Program-made: the position numbers and the translations under genes
The notes under the pieces: model-generated
What the model saw: the letters and a program-made list of their open reading frames with translations, nothing else
Database searches by the model: none
Told to the model about the DNA's origin: nothing
NCBI GenBank assembly: GCA_045655805.1
Contig: JAZOPZ010000015.1
Coordinates: 41,704-105,703, forward strand
Direction of reading: 5' to 3'
DNA length: 64,000 nt
Source: Christensenellaceae bacterium
GTDB lineage: Bacteria > Bacillota > Clostridia > Christensenellales > Borkfalkiaceae
Shown here: positions 17,237 through 27,476 of the stretch, piece by piece
Position numbering within the stretch: position 1 is the stretch's first letter
Layout: the number at the start of each line of letters is the position of its first letter

Positions 17237-18873
17237 ATATACAAGACTTTTACGCTAGTTTAATAATTGCCGGTGGGTATACTTTGCTTATGCTTTTTGC
17301 ATCGGGCAAGTTTTTACTTGCGTTGCAACAACTTGGGTACCGTGGGCATAGATATTACAGGTGGCTTTATAGTAAAAGAAATCCTTACCGTGCAAGAATA
17401 ATGCTTTTATCTCTTTTATCTTTTTTGTGTTATACGGTTATAGGTATTACTTTTGTTGATATCGTGCCAGAGTGGCTTGCACCTTACTTTGGTTTTATAG
17501 CGCCTGTGTTTTTTATTTGCGCGTATATTCATACGGAAAGTAGCGTAAACGTAAAAATCTCGCTCAAAATTACTCGCAGAATGCTCCGGCAAATTTTAAC
17601 TTACGTTATCGTTTTGTTTGCGGTTATGCTTGGGGCTACTTGTTTTTTGACGGCGTTTAGTAATATTTTTGACGGCGCTGGTGGAAAGATTTTTGACGTG
17701 CTTAAGTTTTCGCTTTTATCGTTTATGCCTATGCTTGCGCCGTTGTTACTATTGGTGGCGTACGGTATAAATAGACCTTTTGAAAAGATAAATAATCGCC
17801 GTTATATTGAAATTACTCGTAAAAAGTTGGCGGAAAGTAATTTAATAAAAATTGGCATTACGGGAAGTTTTGGCAAAACTTCGGTTAAAGAAATCTTATC
17901 GACTTTGCTTTCGGTAAAATTTAGGGTTTTGGCTACGCCTGCGTCCTACAATACACCATTAGGCATAAGTTTGGCTATTAAAAAACTTGACGCCACGCAC
18001 GACGTATTTATTGCTGAAATGGGCGCGCGTGAAGTTGGTGACATTAGCGAACTTTCAAAAATCGTTCAACCTAACATAGCCGTGCTTACGGGCGTTAATT
18101 CACAACACTTAGAAACTTTTAAGAATATTGATAACATCAAAAAAACCAAGTACGAACTTTTTGAAAATCTTCCGTTAGACGGAAAAGCGTTTTTTGACGT
18201 GAGCAACCGATTAAGTAGTGAACTTTCGCAGAAGTTTAACGGTGAAAAGTATTTAGCAAACGGCAACGGTGAACTTTTATCGGCGCTCGATATTAAAACA
18301 ACTTCCGACGGTACGACTTTTAAAATTACCGATGGTAAAGAAGTTGTTCAATGTGTAACTACGCTTATCGGTAAACACTCGGTAAACAATATTATGCTGT
18401 CGGCGACGGTGGCGTATAAAGTGGGACTATCCCTTTCTGAAATCGCTTGTGGTATTACTCGTTTGCACAGCGTTAAACATCGTCTTGAAGTATTGCCGAA
18501 TAACAAGGGTGTAACGCTTATAGACGACAGTTATAACTCTAATACCGACGGCTTTTTATGCGCTCTTGATACTATTGCGCAGTTTGACGGTAGAAAAATT
18601 GTCGTAACGCCTGGTATAGTAGAACTTGGGCACGATCAATATCAAACTAATTACGAAATTGGTAAAAAACTCGCAACTTCCTGTGATAAACTCGTAATTT
18701 CGGCAAAGCATAATGCAGAGGCGATTATAAACGGGTTTGTTGACGAAGGTGGCAATAAGGAAAATATTGCATACAAACCAAACTTTATCGACGCTAAAAA
18801 GTTTGTGAGTGAAATTTTGCAAGCAGGCGATATCGTTTTGTTTGAAAATGACTTGCCTGACATTTATAACTAA
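17233..18873 (+). CDS. murF: Mur-ligase family protein, MurF-like, with a polytopic membrane N-terminal region of about 190 aa
   Basis: Central ITGSFGKTSVKE P-loop, DDSYNSN and C-terminal domain typical of MurF. Followed by ddl. Residues 1-190 contain 4-5 hydrophobic helices instead of the usual soluble N-domain. Confidence 0.75.
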   Translation: MNIQDFYASLIIAGGYTLLMLFASGKFLLALQQLGYRGHRYYRWLYSKRNPYRARIMLLSLLSFLCYTVIGITFVDIVPEWLAPYFGFIAPVFFICAYIHTESSVNVKISLKITRRMLRQILTYVIVLFAVMLGATCFLTAFSNIFDGAGGKIFDVLKFSLLSFMPMLAPLLLLVAYGINRPFEKINNRRYIEITRKKLAESNLIKIGITGSFGKTSVKEILSTLLSVKFRVLATPASYNTPLGISLAIKKLDATHDVFIAEMGAREVGDISELSKIVQPNIAVLTGVNSQHLETFKNIDNIKKTKYELFENLPLDGKAFFDVSNRLSSELSQKFNGEKYLANGNGELLSALDIKTTSDGTTFKITDGKEVVQCVTTLIGKHSVNNIMLSATVAYKVGLSLSEIACGITRLHSVKHRLEVLPNNKGVTLIDDSYNSNTDGFLCALDTIAQFDGRKIVVTPGIVELGHDQYQTNYEIGKKLATSCDKLVISAKHNAEAIINGFVDEGGNKENIAYKPNFIDAKKFVSEILQAGDIVLFENDLPDIYN

Positions 18874-18954
18874 TTTGTCTATACGATAACTAAAAACTAA
18901 AGATAAAATTTTTAAAGCACCAAAGTGAGCAAAAAAACGGAGGTGCTTTTTATT

Positions 18955-20058
18955 ATGGAAAATATTGCAGTAATTTTTGGTGGTCGTTCGTGCGAGAGAG
19001 AAGTTTCCGTCATCACGGGCGTAACTTGTTTAAATGCGTTAGATAAAAAACGGTATAACGCCGTACCTATTTATCTTTCGGCGGATAATATCGCCTACAC
19101 GGGCGACAGCCTTGCCGATTTGGATTTTTACAAGAGTTTTTCGGCGGAAAGTTTAAATCAGGTTGTTTTGCTTTTTAGCGACCGAACTCTCTACATAAAA
19201 AGGAAAAACAAGTTAAAACCATATTTAAAAATTGATAGCGCTATAAATTGTTGTCACGGTGGCTTGGGTGAAAACGGTTCACTTGCAGGGATTATGGCGT
19301 TTTCGGGGATACCGTTTGTTTCACCGTCGGTTTTTGCTGGCTCTTTAACTATGGATAAACTTCAAACCAAGCAAAGACTTGCTGGAAAGGCTAATTTTGC
19401 ACGGCATATAGCCGTTAACAGTGGCGATAGCGTCGGTCAATGCGCAATGAGTGCTGAAGAACTTTTCGGTTATCCTATGCTTGTAAAACCAAACTCTTTA
19501 GGTTCAAGCATAGGTGTTAAGGTGGTAAAAGATTTGCGCTCTTTGACCGTTGCCGTGATGAACGCTTTGCGTTATGACGATTGCGTTTTGATTGAAGAAT
19601 TTTTACAAGGGGCTACCGAAATTAACTGCGCCGTTTATAAAAACGCCGACAAGATTATGGTTTCAGAGTGCGAAAAACCCTTGCCAAAAACCGAGTTTTT
19701 AACTTTTAGGGATAAGTATTCGGACGGCGAAAGAGAATTTCCAGCAAAGATACCTAAAAGAATTGCCGACAAAATAAAGTCCGTTACGGCTGAAATTTAC
19801 AAAACTCTTGCAACGAGTGGGGTTATGCGTTTTGATTATCTAGTCGTCGGTTCTAAAGTCTATCTTAATGAGATAAATTCCGTGCCTGGTTCGCTGTCTT
19901 ACTATTTATTCGGTAATGAGCCTAGCGTGTTTACGGAACTTTTAACGGAGTGGGTAGAAACAGCAAAAACTTGTAATAATCGTAAAAACAGTTTGGTTAC
20001 TGATTTTTCGGGTGGGATATTGTCTTCGCTTCACGGTAAGGGAGCAAAACACAAATAA
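18955..20058 (+). CDS. ddl: D-alanine--D-alanine ligase
   Basis: IAVIFGGRSCEREVS N-terminus, ATP-grasp core, EINSVPGS motif. The ATG at 18955 is preceded by GGAGG. Confidence 0.92.
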   Translation: MENIAVIFGGRSCEREVSVITGVTCLNALDKKRYNAVPIYLSADNIAYTGDSLADLDFYKSFSAESLNQVVLLFSDRTLYIKRKNKLKPYLKIDSAINCCHGGLGENGSLAGIMAFSGIPFVSPSVFAGSLTMDKLQTKQRLAGKANFARHIAVNSGDSVGQCAMSAEELFGYPMLVKPNSLGSSIGVKVVKDLRSLTVAVMNALRYDDCVLIEEFLQGATEINCAVYKNADKIMVSECEKPLPKTEFLTFRDKYSDGEREFPAKIPKRIADKIKSVTAEIYKTLATSGVMRFDYLVVGSKVYLNEINSVPGSLSYYLFGNEPSVFTELLTEWVETAKTCNNRKNSLVTDFSGGILSSLHGKGAKHK

Positions 20059-20163
20059 CGGCAATAATTGATAAATTCCGATTAAAAATAACGGTAAAAT
20101 GAGTAATATTAAGCGCAGTCGATACATATATTTTTCCTGTAATACAACTTGCAGGGGGAAATT

Positions 20164-21021
20164 ATGAACGATAACGAACAAATAAATTACGCCGATATGA
20201 TTGAAATACCCGTCAATACTTGCACGGTAACGAGTATGCCTGCGCCAAAAAAGCGCACTCGCAAGAAAAAACCGTCGGCTGAAGAAATTAAAAGCGTCGT
20301 CATTGCGCAAGTAAACGACAGTTTGTCAGCAACCGAAAAAGAGGATCAGCCTACTCAAAGTAGTCAAGAAGAAGTCGCTGATTTTTTAAATTCAGTAGTT
20401 GCGAAAAATACTTCTACGGTAAGCGAAAACGACTTTGAATTAGAAGAACCCGAAACTAGTAAAAAGTCCGTTTTACCAAAGGTTAGGGGCGGAGTGTTCT
20501 CGCTTAAAAAGAGAATTATTATAGGCGTAGTTGCCGTGGTGGTGCTGGCAGTTGCAACGCTCGGCGCAGGAATTTTAACGGACAGTTTAGGACTAACCGC
20601 GTATTTTGGCGAAGTTTTTGCTCCCGTTCAACAAACGGTTAAAGAATACGACGATTATCAAGCAGGGTTGCCGTGCCTTATGCCGTCTGCAATTACAGTT
20701 GATAACGGCGTTATGAGCGTTGCTAACAAAGGCTCGGTTTATTCCTCTACCGACGGCACGGTAAGTAAGGTCGTTTTCGCTGACGGTAAGTATTCGCTTG
20801 AGATTACTCACGGCGAAGATTTTAGGACGGTGATTGAAGGTTTGGACTATTCGTATGTGGCTGAAGGCGACGGCGTTTACGGTAAAATCCCAGTAGGTTA
20901 CAGTCTTGGCGAAGGTTATACCGTTTGCTTGTATTCTTCGGAAGGACTTATTACTGATTACGACATTTCGGGTGGAACGGTATCGTGGAACGCTACCACG
21001 AGTGATAATTCGCCTGCCTAA
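20164..21021 (+). CDS. SpoIVFA-like protein (membrane anchor plus degenerate LytM/M23 domain)
   Basis: Single TM helix (IIIGVVAVVVLAVATLGAGIL). The C-terminal beta-rich region resembles a degenerate M23 domain. Immediately precedes and abuts an M50 protease gene, as spoIVFA-spoIVFB do. Confidence 0.45.
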   Translation: MNDNEQINYADMIEIPVNTCTVTSMPAPKKRTRKKKPSAEEIKSVVIAQVNDSLSATEKEDQPTQSSQEEVADFLNSVVAKNTSTVSENDFELEEPETSKKSVLPKVRGGVFSLKKRIIIGVVAVVVLAVATLGAGILTDSLGLTAYFGEVFAPVQQTVKEYDDYQAGLPCLMPSAITVDNGVMSVANKGSVYSSTDGTVSKVVFADGKYSLEITHGEDFRTVIEGLDYSYVAEGDGVYGKIPVGYSLGEGYTVCLYSSEGLITDYDISGGTVSWNATTSDNSPA

Positions 21022-21956
21022 TGAACGGATATTTTAAGTTAAAAAATAAGTTGACGAAAGGGGTTGCTGATAGAAAAGATAATTTTAACTTTTCTCTGCA
21101 CCCCCTCTTTTTTGCGTTTGGTATTTATTACGCTATATGCGGTAGGTTTTTACAGTTTGCCGTCTGTACTTTGTCTGCGCTTTTTCACGAACTAGGTCAC
21201 GCTTTCGTTGCAGTTGGTAACGGGTATTCGCTAGCAAATTTATCGCTTATGCCTTACGGTGCAACTATATCGGGCGACTTTGACGGTTTGCGTTTTAAGG
21301 ATGAGTTTGCAATACTTTTAGCAGGCCCGTTAACGAGCGTGCTTATTGCCGTTTTGACTACTGCGCTTTGGTGGTTTTTTCCGCAAAGTTATCCTTACAC
21401 TCAAGTCTTATTCGAAAGCAATTTGGCGCTCGGCTTAATCAATTTATTGCCTGCAAAACCACTTGACGGTGGAAGGATTTTATCGGCGTGTTTTAACGAG
21501 TGTTTTGGCAAAAATGGAGAGTGGCTTTTTAAGGTTACCGGTTTTTCTATCGCTCTTTTTTTGTTTACGGCTTTTATCGTGGTTTGCTTTAAAGCGACGA
21601 CTTTTGCAGAGATTAATTTTTCGCTATTATTTTTTGCATCTTTTATCGTGGTCGGTGCTTTTAATAAATCGGATAAAAAGACCTATCAAAAGGTGTTTTC
21701 TGGACTTTCTAAAAAGGCACTTTTAAGGGGCGTCGAAGTAAAAAGATGTGCCGTTCTACCCGAAACGAGCATAAAAAGAGTGGTTGCGTTGCTAGATAAA
21801 AATAAGTTTAACGAAGTAGTTATTCTTGGTAAAAACGCCGTTATAACTCAATTAGATTTAGATAAAAACCTTTCGGATTGCCCCATTTATGCAACGGTTG
21901 GTGAATGTTGCGATTATTTATTAGGAAAAAGCGAAAAAATTGTTTACAGCGATTGA
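21021..21956 (+). CDS. spoIVFB: Site-2 (M50) metalloprotease, SpoIVFB-like, with C-terminal CBS-like domain
   Basis: HELGHA zinc motif in a TM helix and NLLPAKPLDGGR second motif. Confidence 0.7.
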   Translation: MNGYFKLKNKLTKGVADRKDNFNFSLHPLFFAFGIYYAICGRFLQFAVCTLSALFHELGHAFVAVGNGYSLANLSLMPYGATISGDFDGLRFKDEFAILLAGPLTSVLIAVLTTALWWFFPQSYPYTQVLFESNLALGLINLLPAKPLDGGRILSACFNECFGKNGEWLFKVTGFSIALFLFTAFIVVCFKATTFAEINFSLLFFASFIVVGAFNKSDKKTYQKVFSGLSKKALLRGVEVKRCAVLPETSIKRVVALLDKNKFNEVVILGKNAVITQLDLDKNLSDCPIYATVGECCDYLLGKSEKIVYSD

Positions 21957-22002
21957 AAATCGTAGTTAAATGTGCTAAAATATTTGAGTAAAGGAGTTTG
22001 CT

Positions 22003-22536
22003 ATGGAATTTTTAGAAGTTGTAAAACAAAGACAAAGTTGTCGTAAGTATTCGGGCGAGCCCGTTTCGCGTGATGACCTTGAAAAAATCATTAGCGGGGC
22101 AATTTTAGCGCCGTCTGCGTGTAATTCACAACCTTGGGCGTTTACGGCGGTTTATTCGCAAGATAAGGTTAAAGAAGTTGCTACGGCGTGCAAAAAGTTT
22201 GGGTTTAATAAATTCGTAGACAAGGTGGGAGCGTTTATCGTTATTGAACAGCGTGAACCAAAGTTGTTAGAAGGAGTTACTAAAGTTTTAGGTAGCCGTT
22301 ATTTTGCCGACAACGACATTGGTATCGTTACGGCTTTTATAACTTTATGTGCAAGGGATTTGGGTTTTGGTACTTGCATTATGGGGATGTTTGATAAAGA
22401 AGCGATAAAAAAGTCACTTTCGTTGCCTGAAAAAACTGAACTTAAGTTGGTAATCGCGGTTGGTAAACCATCAGAGGATGACTTTTTGCGTGAAAAATCG
22501 CGTAAATCGGTTGATCAAGTTACAAAATTTATTTAA
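22003..22536 (+). CDS. Nitroreductase-family protein
   Basis: RQSCRKY...APSACNSQPW N-terminal nitroreductase signature. Confidence 0.85.
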   Translation: MEFLEVVKQRQSCRKYSGEPVSRDDLEKIISGAILAPSACNSQPWAFTAVYSQDKVKEVATACKKFGFNKFVDKVGAFIVIEQREPKLLEGVTKVLGSRYFADNDIGIVTAFITLCARDLGFGTCIMGMFDKEAIKKSLSLPEKTELKLVIAVGKPSEDDFLREKSRKSVDQVTKFI

Positions 22537-22654
22537 TCGCCGTAAATTAATTGTGTAAAAATAGGCGCGCACACACTAAATCTTGTGTGCGCGTTATATT
22601 TATATAAAAAAGTAATGAAAAAATTGAAAAAAGCAGTAAAAACTCGTTAAAATC

Positions 22655-22683
22655 CTTGACAAACAAAAGTACATTTGTTAGAA
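22655..22683 (+). promoter_or_regulatory. Sigma-A type promoter for rpmG-secE-nusG
   Basis: TTGACA-17 nt-TAGAAT. Confidence 0.6.
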
Positions 22684-22741
22684 TTGAAAAGCACTCTGGC
22701 TTCGGCGGGGTGTAATTTTTTGGAATTCAGAAGGTGAAATC

Positions 22742-22906
22742 ATGGCTGCAAAAGGCGCAAGAAACAAAATCACATTAGTTTGTACCGAATGTAAACAAAG
22801 AAACTACGATACGTTCAAGAATAAGAAAAACGACCCTGACAGAATCGAAATTAAAAAGTACTGCAAATTCTGTAAAAAACATACCGCTCATAAGGAAAGC
22901 AAATAA
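22742..22906 (+). CDS. rpmG: 50S ribosomal protein L33
   Basis: Below the ORF-track length cutoff. Translation is [54 protein letters not shown], with the 4-Cys L33 pattern. AAGGTG RBS; precedes secE. Confidence 0.92.
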   Translation: MAAKGARNKITLVCTECKQRNYDTFKNKKNDPDRIEIKKYCKFCKKHTAHKESK

Positions 22907-22951
22907 GGTTAGTTTTTTTGCAAGCGGTTGCAAAATTGCGGGGGTATTATA

Positions 22952-23245
22952 ATGGAAGACAACAAGAAGTTATCGGCTGAAAGCGTAAACGCAAATTCTA
23001 AAGCAGACGCTATTAAAGCAAACGATAAAAAGAAGAGCAAGAAAAAAGGCAACGGCTTTTTTGCTAAAATTGGCAGAAAGTTAAAGGAAATGTGGTCTGA
23101 ACTTAAATCAGTTTCTTGGCCAACTTTTCCAAAGGTTGTTAAACAAACGGGCGTCGTTATCGCGGTAGTGCTCGTATTTTTAGTGTGCATTTCATTATTC
23201 GATTGGCCACTTTCTATCGCACTTCGTTGGTTAACCGGTAATTAA
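22952..23245 (+). CDS. secE: Preprotein translocase subunit SecE
   Basis: Lys-rich N-terminus, ELKKVSWP-like motif (ELKSVSWP), single C-terminal TM. Synteny rpmG-secE-nusG. Confidence 0.9.
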   Translation: MEDNKKLSAESVNANSKADAIKANDKKKSKKKGNGFFAKIGRKLKEMWSELKSVSWPTFPKVVKQTGVVIAVVLVFLVCISLFDWPLSIALRWLTGN

Positions 23246-23254
23246 GGAGCAAGT

Positions 23255-23836
23255 ATGTCGCAAGAAGTTAAATCACAAGACCTTAAGTGGTACGTTATCC
23301 ATACCTATTCGGCATACGAAGCAATGGTAAAAGCAAACCTTGAAAAGATTATTGAAAACAATAACCTTCAAGACAAGATTTGTGAAATATCTATTCCTAC
23401 CGAAGAAACGATGGAAGAAAAGGCAAACGGCAAAAAGAAGATTTTTGAAAGGAAAAAGTTTCCTTGCTACATCTTTTTGAAGATGCACTTTACCAACGAT
23501 TTGTGGTATCTTATAACTAACATCACTGGTGTAACGGGTTTCGTAGGCCCACAAGGTAGACCAATGCCTCTTACTAACGACGAGGTTTTGCGTTTAGGAC
23601 TTGAAAAAATCGCTATTGACGTTGATTTCGTTGTTGGTGACGAAGTTAAGATTATTACCGGTCCACTTGAATCGTTCTCTGGTAAAATTGTTTCTATGAA
23701 CGACGAAACTCAAAAATTAAAAGCAAGCGTAGAAATGTTCGGTAGGGTAACCGAAGTTGAACTCGACTACGTTCAAGTTAAAAAGATTTCCGTTGTGGTT
23801 GAACAACCTGCGGAAGAAAACAGTCAAGAACAGTAA
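23255..23836 (+). CDS. nusG: Transcription termination/antitermination factor NusG
   Basis: KWYVIHTYSAYE NGN start and a KOW motif (GDEVKIITGPLESFSG). Confidence 0.95.
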   Translation: MSQEVKSQDLKWYVIHTYSAYEAMVKANLEKIIENNNLQDKICEISIPTEETMEEKANGKKKIFERKKFPCYIFLKMHFTNDLWYLITNITGVTGFVGPQGRPMPLTNDEVLRLGLEKIAIDVDFVVGDEVKIITGPLESFSGKIVSMNDETQKLKASVEMFGRVTEVELDYVQVKKISVVVEQPAEENSQEQ

Positions 23837-23926
23837 TATATATTATTGTTTAAATAAGTGGGAGTAACGTCAAATAATATTTAAAGCGGACGTTACGTTA
23901 TAACCACATAATTGGAGGAAGGAAAA

Positions 23927-24352
23927 ATGGCAAAGAAAGTTACTGCGATTGTAAAACTGCAATTACCAGCTGGTAAGGCAACTCCGGGCCCTCCTGTGGG
24001 TTCGACTTTAGGTCCTCACGGTATTAACATCCCTGGTTTTACAAAAGAATTTAACGCAAAAACTCAAGACCAAGCAGGTTTGATTATTCCGGTTGTAATG
24101 ACCATTTATCAAGACCGTTCATTCACGTTCGTATTAAAGACGCCACCGGCAGCAGTTCTTATTAAAAAGGCTTGCGGTCTTAACAGCGGTTCGGCTGCGC
24201 CTAACAAGACGAAGGTTGCAAAGATTACGAAGGCTCAAGTTGAAGAAATTGCTAAAACTAAGATGCCTGACCTTAACGCACACGACCTCGACGCTGCTAT
24301 GAGCATGATTGCTGGTACAGCAAGAAGTATGGGTGTTGAAGTAGTAGACTAA
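23927..24352 (+). CDS. rplK: 50S ribosomal protein L11
   Basis: [33 protein letters not shown]. Confidence 0.97.
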   Translation: MAKKVTAIVKLQLPAGKATPGPPVGSTLGPHGINIPGFTKEFNAKTQDQAGLIIPVVMTIYQDRSFTFVLKTPPAAVLIKKACGLNSGSAAPNKTKVAKITKAQVEEIAKTKMPDLNAHDLDAAMSMIAGTARSMGVEVVD

Positions 24353-24412
24353 CGGTTTAATATTTGGTGGGAGAGTGGGTGCACTCGTCATTACCACAAG
24401 GAGGATTTTTAA

Positions 24413-25099
24413 ATGAAACACGGAAAAAAGTACGTTGATAGCGCTAAAACTATCGACAAAGCAAAATTATATGATGCCAAAGAAGCAATGGATTTAGTAG
24501 TTGCTACTTCAAAGGCAAAATTTGATGAAACCATTGAATTACACGTTAAACTCGGTGTTGACCCAAAACAAGCAGACCAACAAGTTCGTGGCGTTATCGT
24601 ATTACCTAACGGTACCGGTAAGGACGTAAAGGTTTTAGTTCTTGCTAAAGGTGAAAGAGCAGACATCGCTCGTGAAGCAGGCGCAGATTTCGTAGGCGCT
24701 GAAGAAATGGTTCAAAAAATTCAAACAGAAAACTGGTTTGATTACGACGTAATTATTACCACCCCTGATATGATGGGTATCGTTGGTAGAATTGGTAAGA
24801 TTTTAGGTCCTAAAGGCTTAATGCCAAACCCAAAATCAGGTACCGTTACTATGGATATCGCAAAGGCTGTTAAAGATACCAAAGCAGGTAAAGTTGAATA
24901 CAGACTTGACAAAAACGCTATTATCCACTGCCCAATCGGCAAGAAGAGTTTCGGTTCTGAAAAACTTATGGAAAACTACGACGCTTTAATCGACGCTATT
25001 ATCAAGGCAAAACCTGCCGCTGCTAAAGGTCAATATTTAAGAAGCGTTGCAGTTGCTAGCACCATGGGCCCTGGCATCAAACTCGCTGCTAAAATCTAA
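24413..25099 (+). CDS. rplA: 50S ribosomal protein L1
   Basis: MKHGKKY...[14 protein letters not shown]...[13 protein letters not shown]. Confidence 0.97.
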   Translation: MKHGKKYVDSAKTIDKAKLYDAKEAMDLVVATSKAKFDETIELHVKLGVDPKQADQQVRGVIVLPNGTGKDVKVLVLAKGERADIAREAGADFVGAEEMVQKIQTENWFDYDVIITTPDMMGIVGRIGKILGPKGLMPNPKSGTVTMDIAKAVKDTKAGKVEYRLDKNAIIHCPIGKKSFGSEKLMENYDALIDAIIKAKPAAAKGQYLRSVAVASTMGPGIKLAAKI

Positions 25100-25176
25100 T
25101 TCTTAAGGTTTTCGCCTTAAAAATAAAGTCTAAAACAAGGCTTTGCAAATTAAAAACAAAAATGCGGTGAAATCGT

Positions 25177-25336
25177 TTGACAAAAGTTATTGTCAATGAT
25201 AAAATTACCGTGTAATTGAATAACCGTAGACAGTCGGTGTCTAACGTAAAGGGCAATAGCCCACCGACCGAGGTAATCAGTATTTAGTTTTTCGTAATTA
25301 ACTCTTGATTGCTTTGGCGTGGTCAAGAGTTTTTTC
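25177..25336 (+). promoter_or_regulatory. rplJ promoter and L10-leader-like attenuator
   Basis: TTGACA-17-TAAAAT at 25177-25205. Structured leader (ccgtagacagtcggtg...ccaccgaccgagg) ending in terminator AACTCTTGA-N14-TCAAGAGTT plus TTTTT (25300-25336). The position matches the Firmicute L10 leader. Family assignment needs a covariance-model check. Confidence 0.55.
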
Positions 25337-25399
25337 GTTATATTCGATAGATACGGTTTGCCGAAAGGCTTTTCACAAAAATATAGGAGGTAACGACAA

Positions 25400-25900
25400 G
25401 TGTCAGCAAACGTTGAACTTAAAAAGCAAGTAGTTGCGGATATTACCGAAAAGATTCAAAATTCAAAGTCTGTTGTGTTGGTACACTTTGCAGGTCTTAC
25501 CGTTGCAGAAGATACCGCTATCAGAAATGAATTCAGAAAAGCAAACGTTGAATACAAGGTTTACAAAAACACCCTTGTTAGAAAAGCGTTTGAAGGTCTT
25601 AACGTAACTGATTTTACACAAGACTTAAACGGTCCTACTGCAGTTGCTTTTGGTGCTGAAGAAACCGATGCAGCAAAACAAGTAGTAGATGCAGCAAAGA
25701 AGTACGGTGAAAAAATGGCTGTTAAGAGTGGTTACATTGATGGCAAGTACGTTGATGAAAAGGGCGTTAAAGCATACGCTGCAATTCCATCAAAGCCAGA
25801 ACTTTACTCTATGCTCGCAGGTACTTTATGCAACTTTACGAGAGGTCTTGCAGTTGCTATTAAAGCAGTTGCAGACAAGATGGCTGAAGCACAAGCCTAA
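25400..25900 (+). CDS. rplJ: 50S ribosomal protein L10 (GTG start)
   Basis: GGAGG RBS 9 nt upstream of the GTG. The L10 sequence is followed by rplL. Confidence 0.95.
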   Translation: MSANVELKKQVVADITEKIQNSKSVVLVHFAGLTVAEDTAIRNEFRKANVEYKVYKNTLVRKAFEGLNVTDFTQDLNGPTAVAFGAEETDAAKQVVDAAKKYGEKMAVKSGYIDGKYVDEKGVKAYAAIPSKPELYSMLAGTLCNFTRGLAVAIKAVADKMAEAQA

Positions 25901-25946
25901 TCGTGCTATCAAAAAATTTATTTAGAAAATTCGGAGGAAATTAAAA

Positions 25947-26315
25947 ATGGCAGATATCGCAAAGATGATTGAAGAAATCAAAGGTATGACAGTTGTTGAA
26001 CTCAACGACTTAGTAAAAGCAATTGAAGAAGAATTCGGCGTAAGCGCAGCAGCTCCAGTAGCAGTTGCAGGTGTTGCAGCAGCAGATGCTCCAGCAGTAG
26101 AAGAAAAGACTGAATTCAAAGTATCTATTAAAGAAGTTGGTGGCAACAAGATTGCAGTTATCAAAGCAATCAGAGAAATCACCGGTCTTGGCTTAGTAGA
26201 AGCAAAGAAACTCGTAGAAGAAAAGGGCGTTATCAAAGACAGCGCTTCAAAAGAAGAAGCAGACAAGATTGCCGAAGCTTTAAAGGCTGCAGGCGCAGAA
26301 GCTGCTATCGACTAA
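25947..26315 (+). CDS. rplL: 50S ribosomal protein L7/L12
   Basis: Ala-rich hinge and C-terminal [20 protein letters not shown] motif. Confidence 0.97.
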   Translation: MADIAKMIEEIKGMTVVELNDLVKAIEEEFGVSAAAPVAVAGVAAADAPAVEEKTEFKVSIKEVGGNKIAVIKAIREITGLGLVEAKKLVEEKGVIKDSASKEEADKIAEALKAAGAEAAID

Positions 26316-26329
26316 TTTTTGTGAAAATT

Positions 26330-26361
26330 CAAGGAACGGACAACCGTTCCTTGTTTTTTTT
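26330..26361 (+). terminator. Strong intrinsic terminator after rplL
   Basis: CAAGGAACGG-acaa-CCGTTCCTTG followed by TTTTTTTT. Confidence 0.85.
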
Positions 26362-26523
26362 GCAATTTTTTTGCTAATTGTCTAGTTTAGACAAAATTCT
26401 TGCATACATTTTTTATGGCGTTTCTAAAAAGTGGAAATAAGCATTGACAAACGCTCGTTTTTTTAGTAAAATATAATAACGGAAATATATTTAAATGGCT
26501 TTAGCCATTTTAGTGGAGATTAT

Positions 26524-27396
26524 ATGAAAAAGATTTTTACAGCATTTTTGACTTTGATTATGCTCGTGGTTTGCTGTTTTTCACTTACTGCTTGCAAAAA
26601 GAAGGACTTTGTTGAGGTTGAATTCGAGTTCACCGTTGGTGCTGAAACGGTAATAATTAACTACACTTTATACGGCCATTTAGCGCCTGAAAGCGTAAAA
26701 CAATTTAAAGAACTCGTTAATAACGATTACTACGACGGCGCTGTTATGTATTCGTCTAGCGTTTTAAGTACCGGTGCTAGACTTTTAGGTAAATACAAGT
26801 TTGATACTAACGGCAATCTTGTTATGAACGAAGAAGTTGCTACTATTAAAGGTGAATTTGCTAAAGGTGGTACTTTAGGTTCTGACCTTAAAGCAAACAA
26901 GGGAAACCTTTGCGTTTTCCGTTGGTGGGATATCGAAGCAGGTTTTGACAACAGTGGCTTTGATACCGGTTCGCTCGGCAATATTATTATTCCTACGAAC
27001 GGTGGTTTTGAAGACGTTCAAAACAACAGCACGACCGTAGCGGTTTTCGGCGTTATTGATGAAGGTTCTGTAAAATCTTTAGATAAAATTATAAGTGGTA
27101 ACGAAAACGCTTGGAAGTCTGAAAATAAAGATACTTTCCACGTGTTCTATTATGAAGAAGACGGCGCTCTTAAACTCGTAATCTTGAATAATGAAGATTA
27201 TCAAGCAAAGGTAAAAGATGGCGTTTACACTATCAGTGAAAATAACGGAACTAAAGAAACCGTTGAAATTTTCAATCCTAGTGAATACGAAGGCTCCAAC
27301 GAAGGCTGGACTTCGGCTAAATATCAACAAGACACCGTTGAAGTTCCAAAATCAGCGTACAGAATTACCTTAAAAAACATTACTATTAAAAAATAA
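26524..27396 (+). CDS. Lipoprotein, weakly cyclophilin-like (peptidyl-prolyl isomerase family?)
   Basis: Lipobox LTAC after a signal peptide. APESVKQFKELVNNDYYDG resembles the cyclophilin N-terminal strand/helix, but the canonical FHRV block is absent. Confidence 0.5.
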   Translation: MKKIFTAFLTLIMLVVCCFSLTACKKKDFVEVEFEFTVGAETVIINYTLYGHLAPESVKQFKELVNNDYYDGAVMYSSSVLSTGARLLGKYKFDTNGNLVMNEEVATIKGEFAKGGTLGSDLKANKGNLCVFRWWDIEAGFDNSGFDTGSLGNIIIPTNGGFEDVQNNSTTVAVFGVIDEGSVKSLDKIISGNENAWKSENKDTFHVFYYEEDGALKLVILNNEDYQAKVKDGVYTISENNGTKETVEIFNPSEYEGSNEGWTSAKYQQDTVEVPKSAYRITLKNITIKK

Positions 27397-27476
27397 TTAA
27401 AAGCACCTTAAGGTGCTTTTTAATTTTGACATATTATAATTTCGTGTTATAATATATTATATAAAGGAGATAAAGT

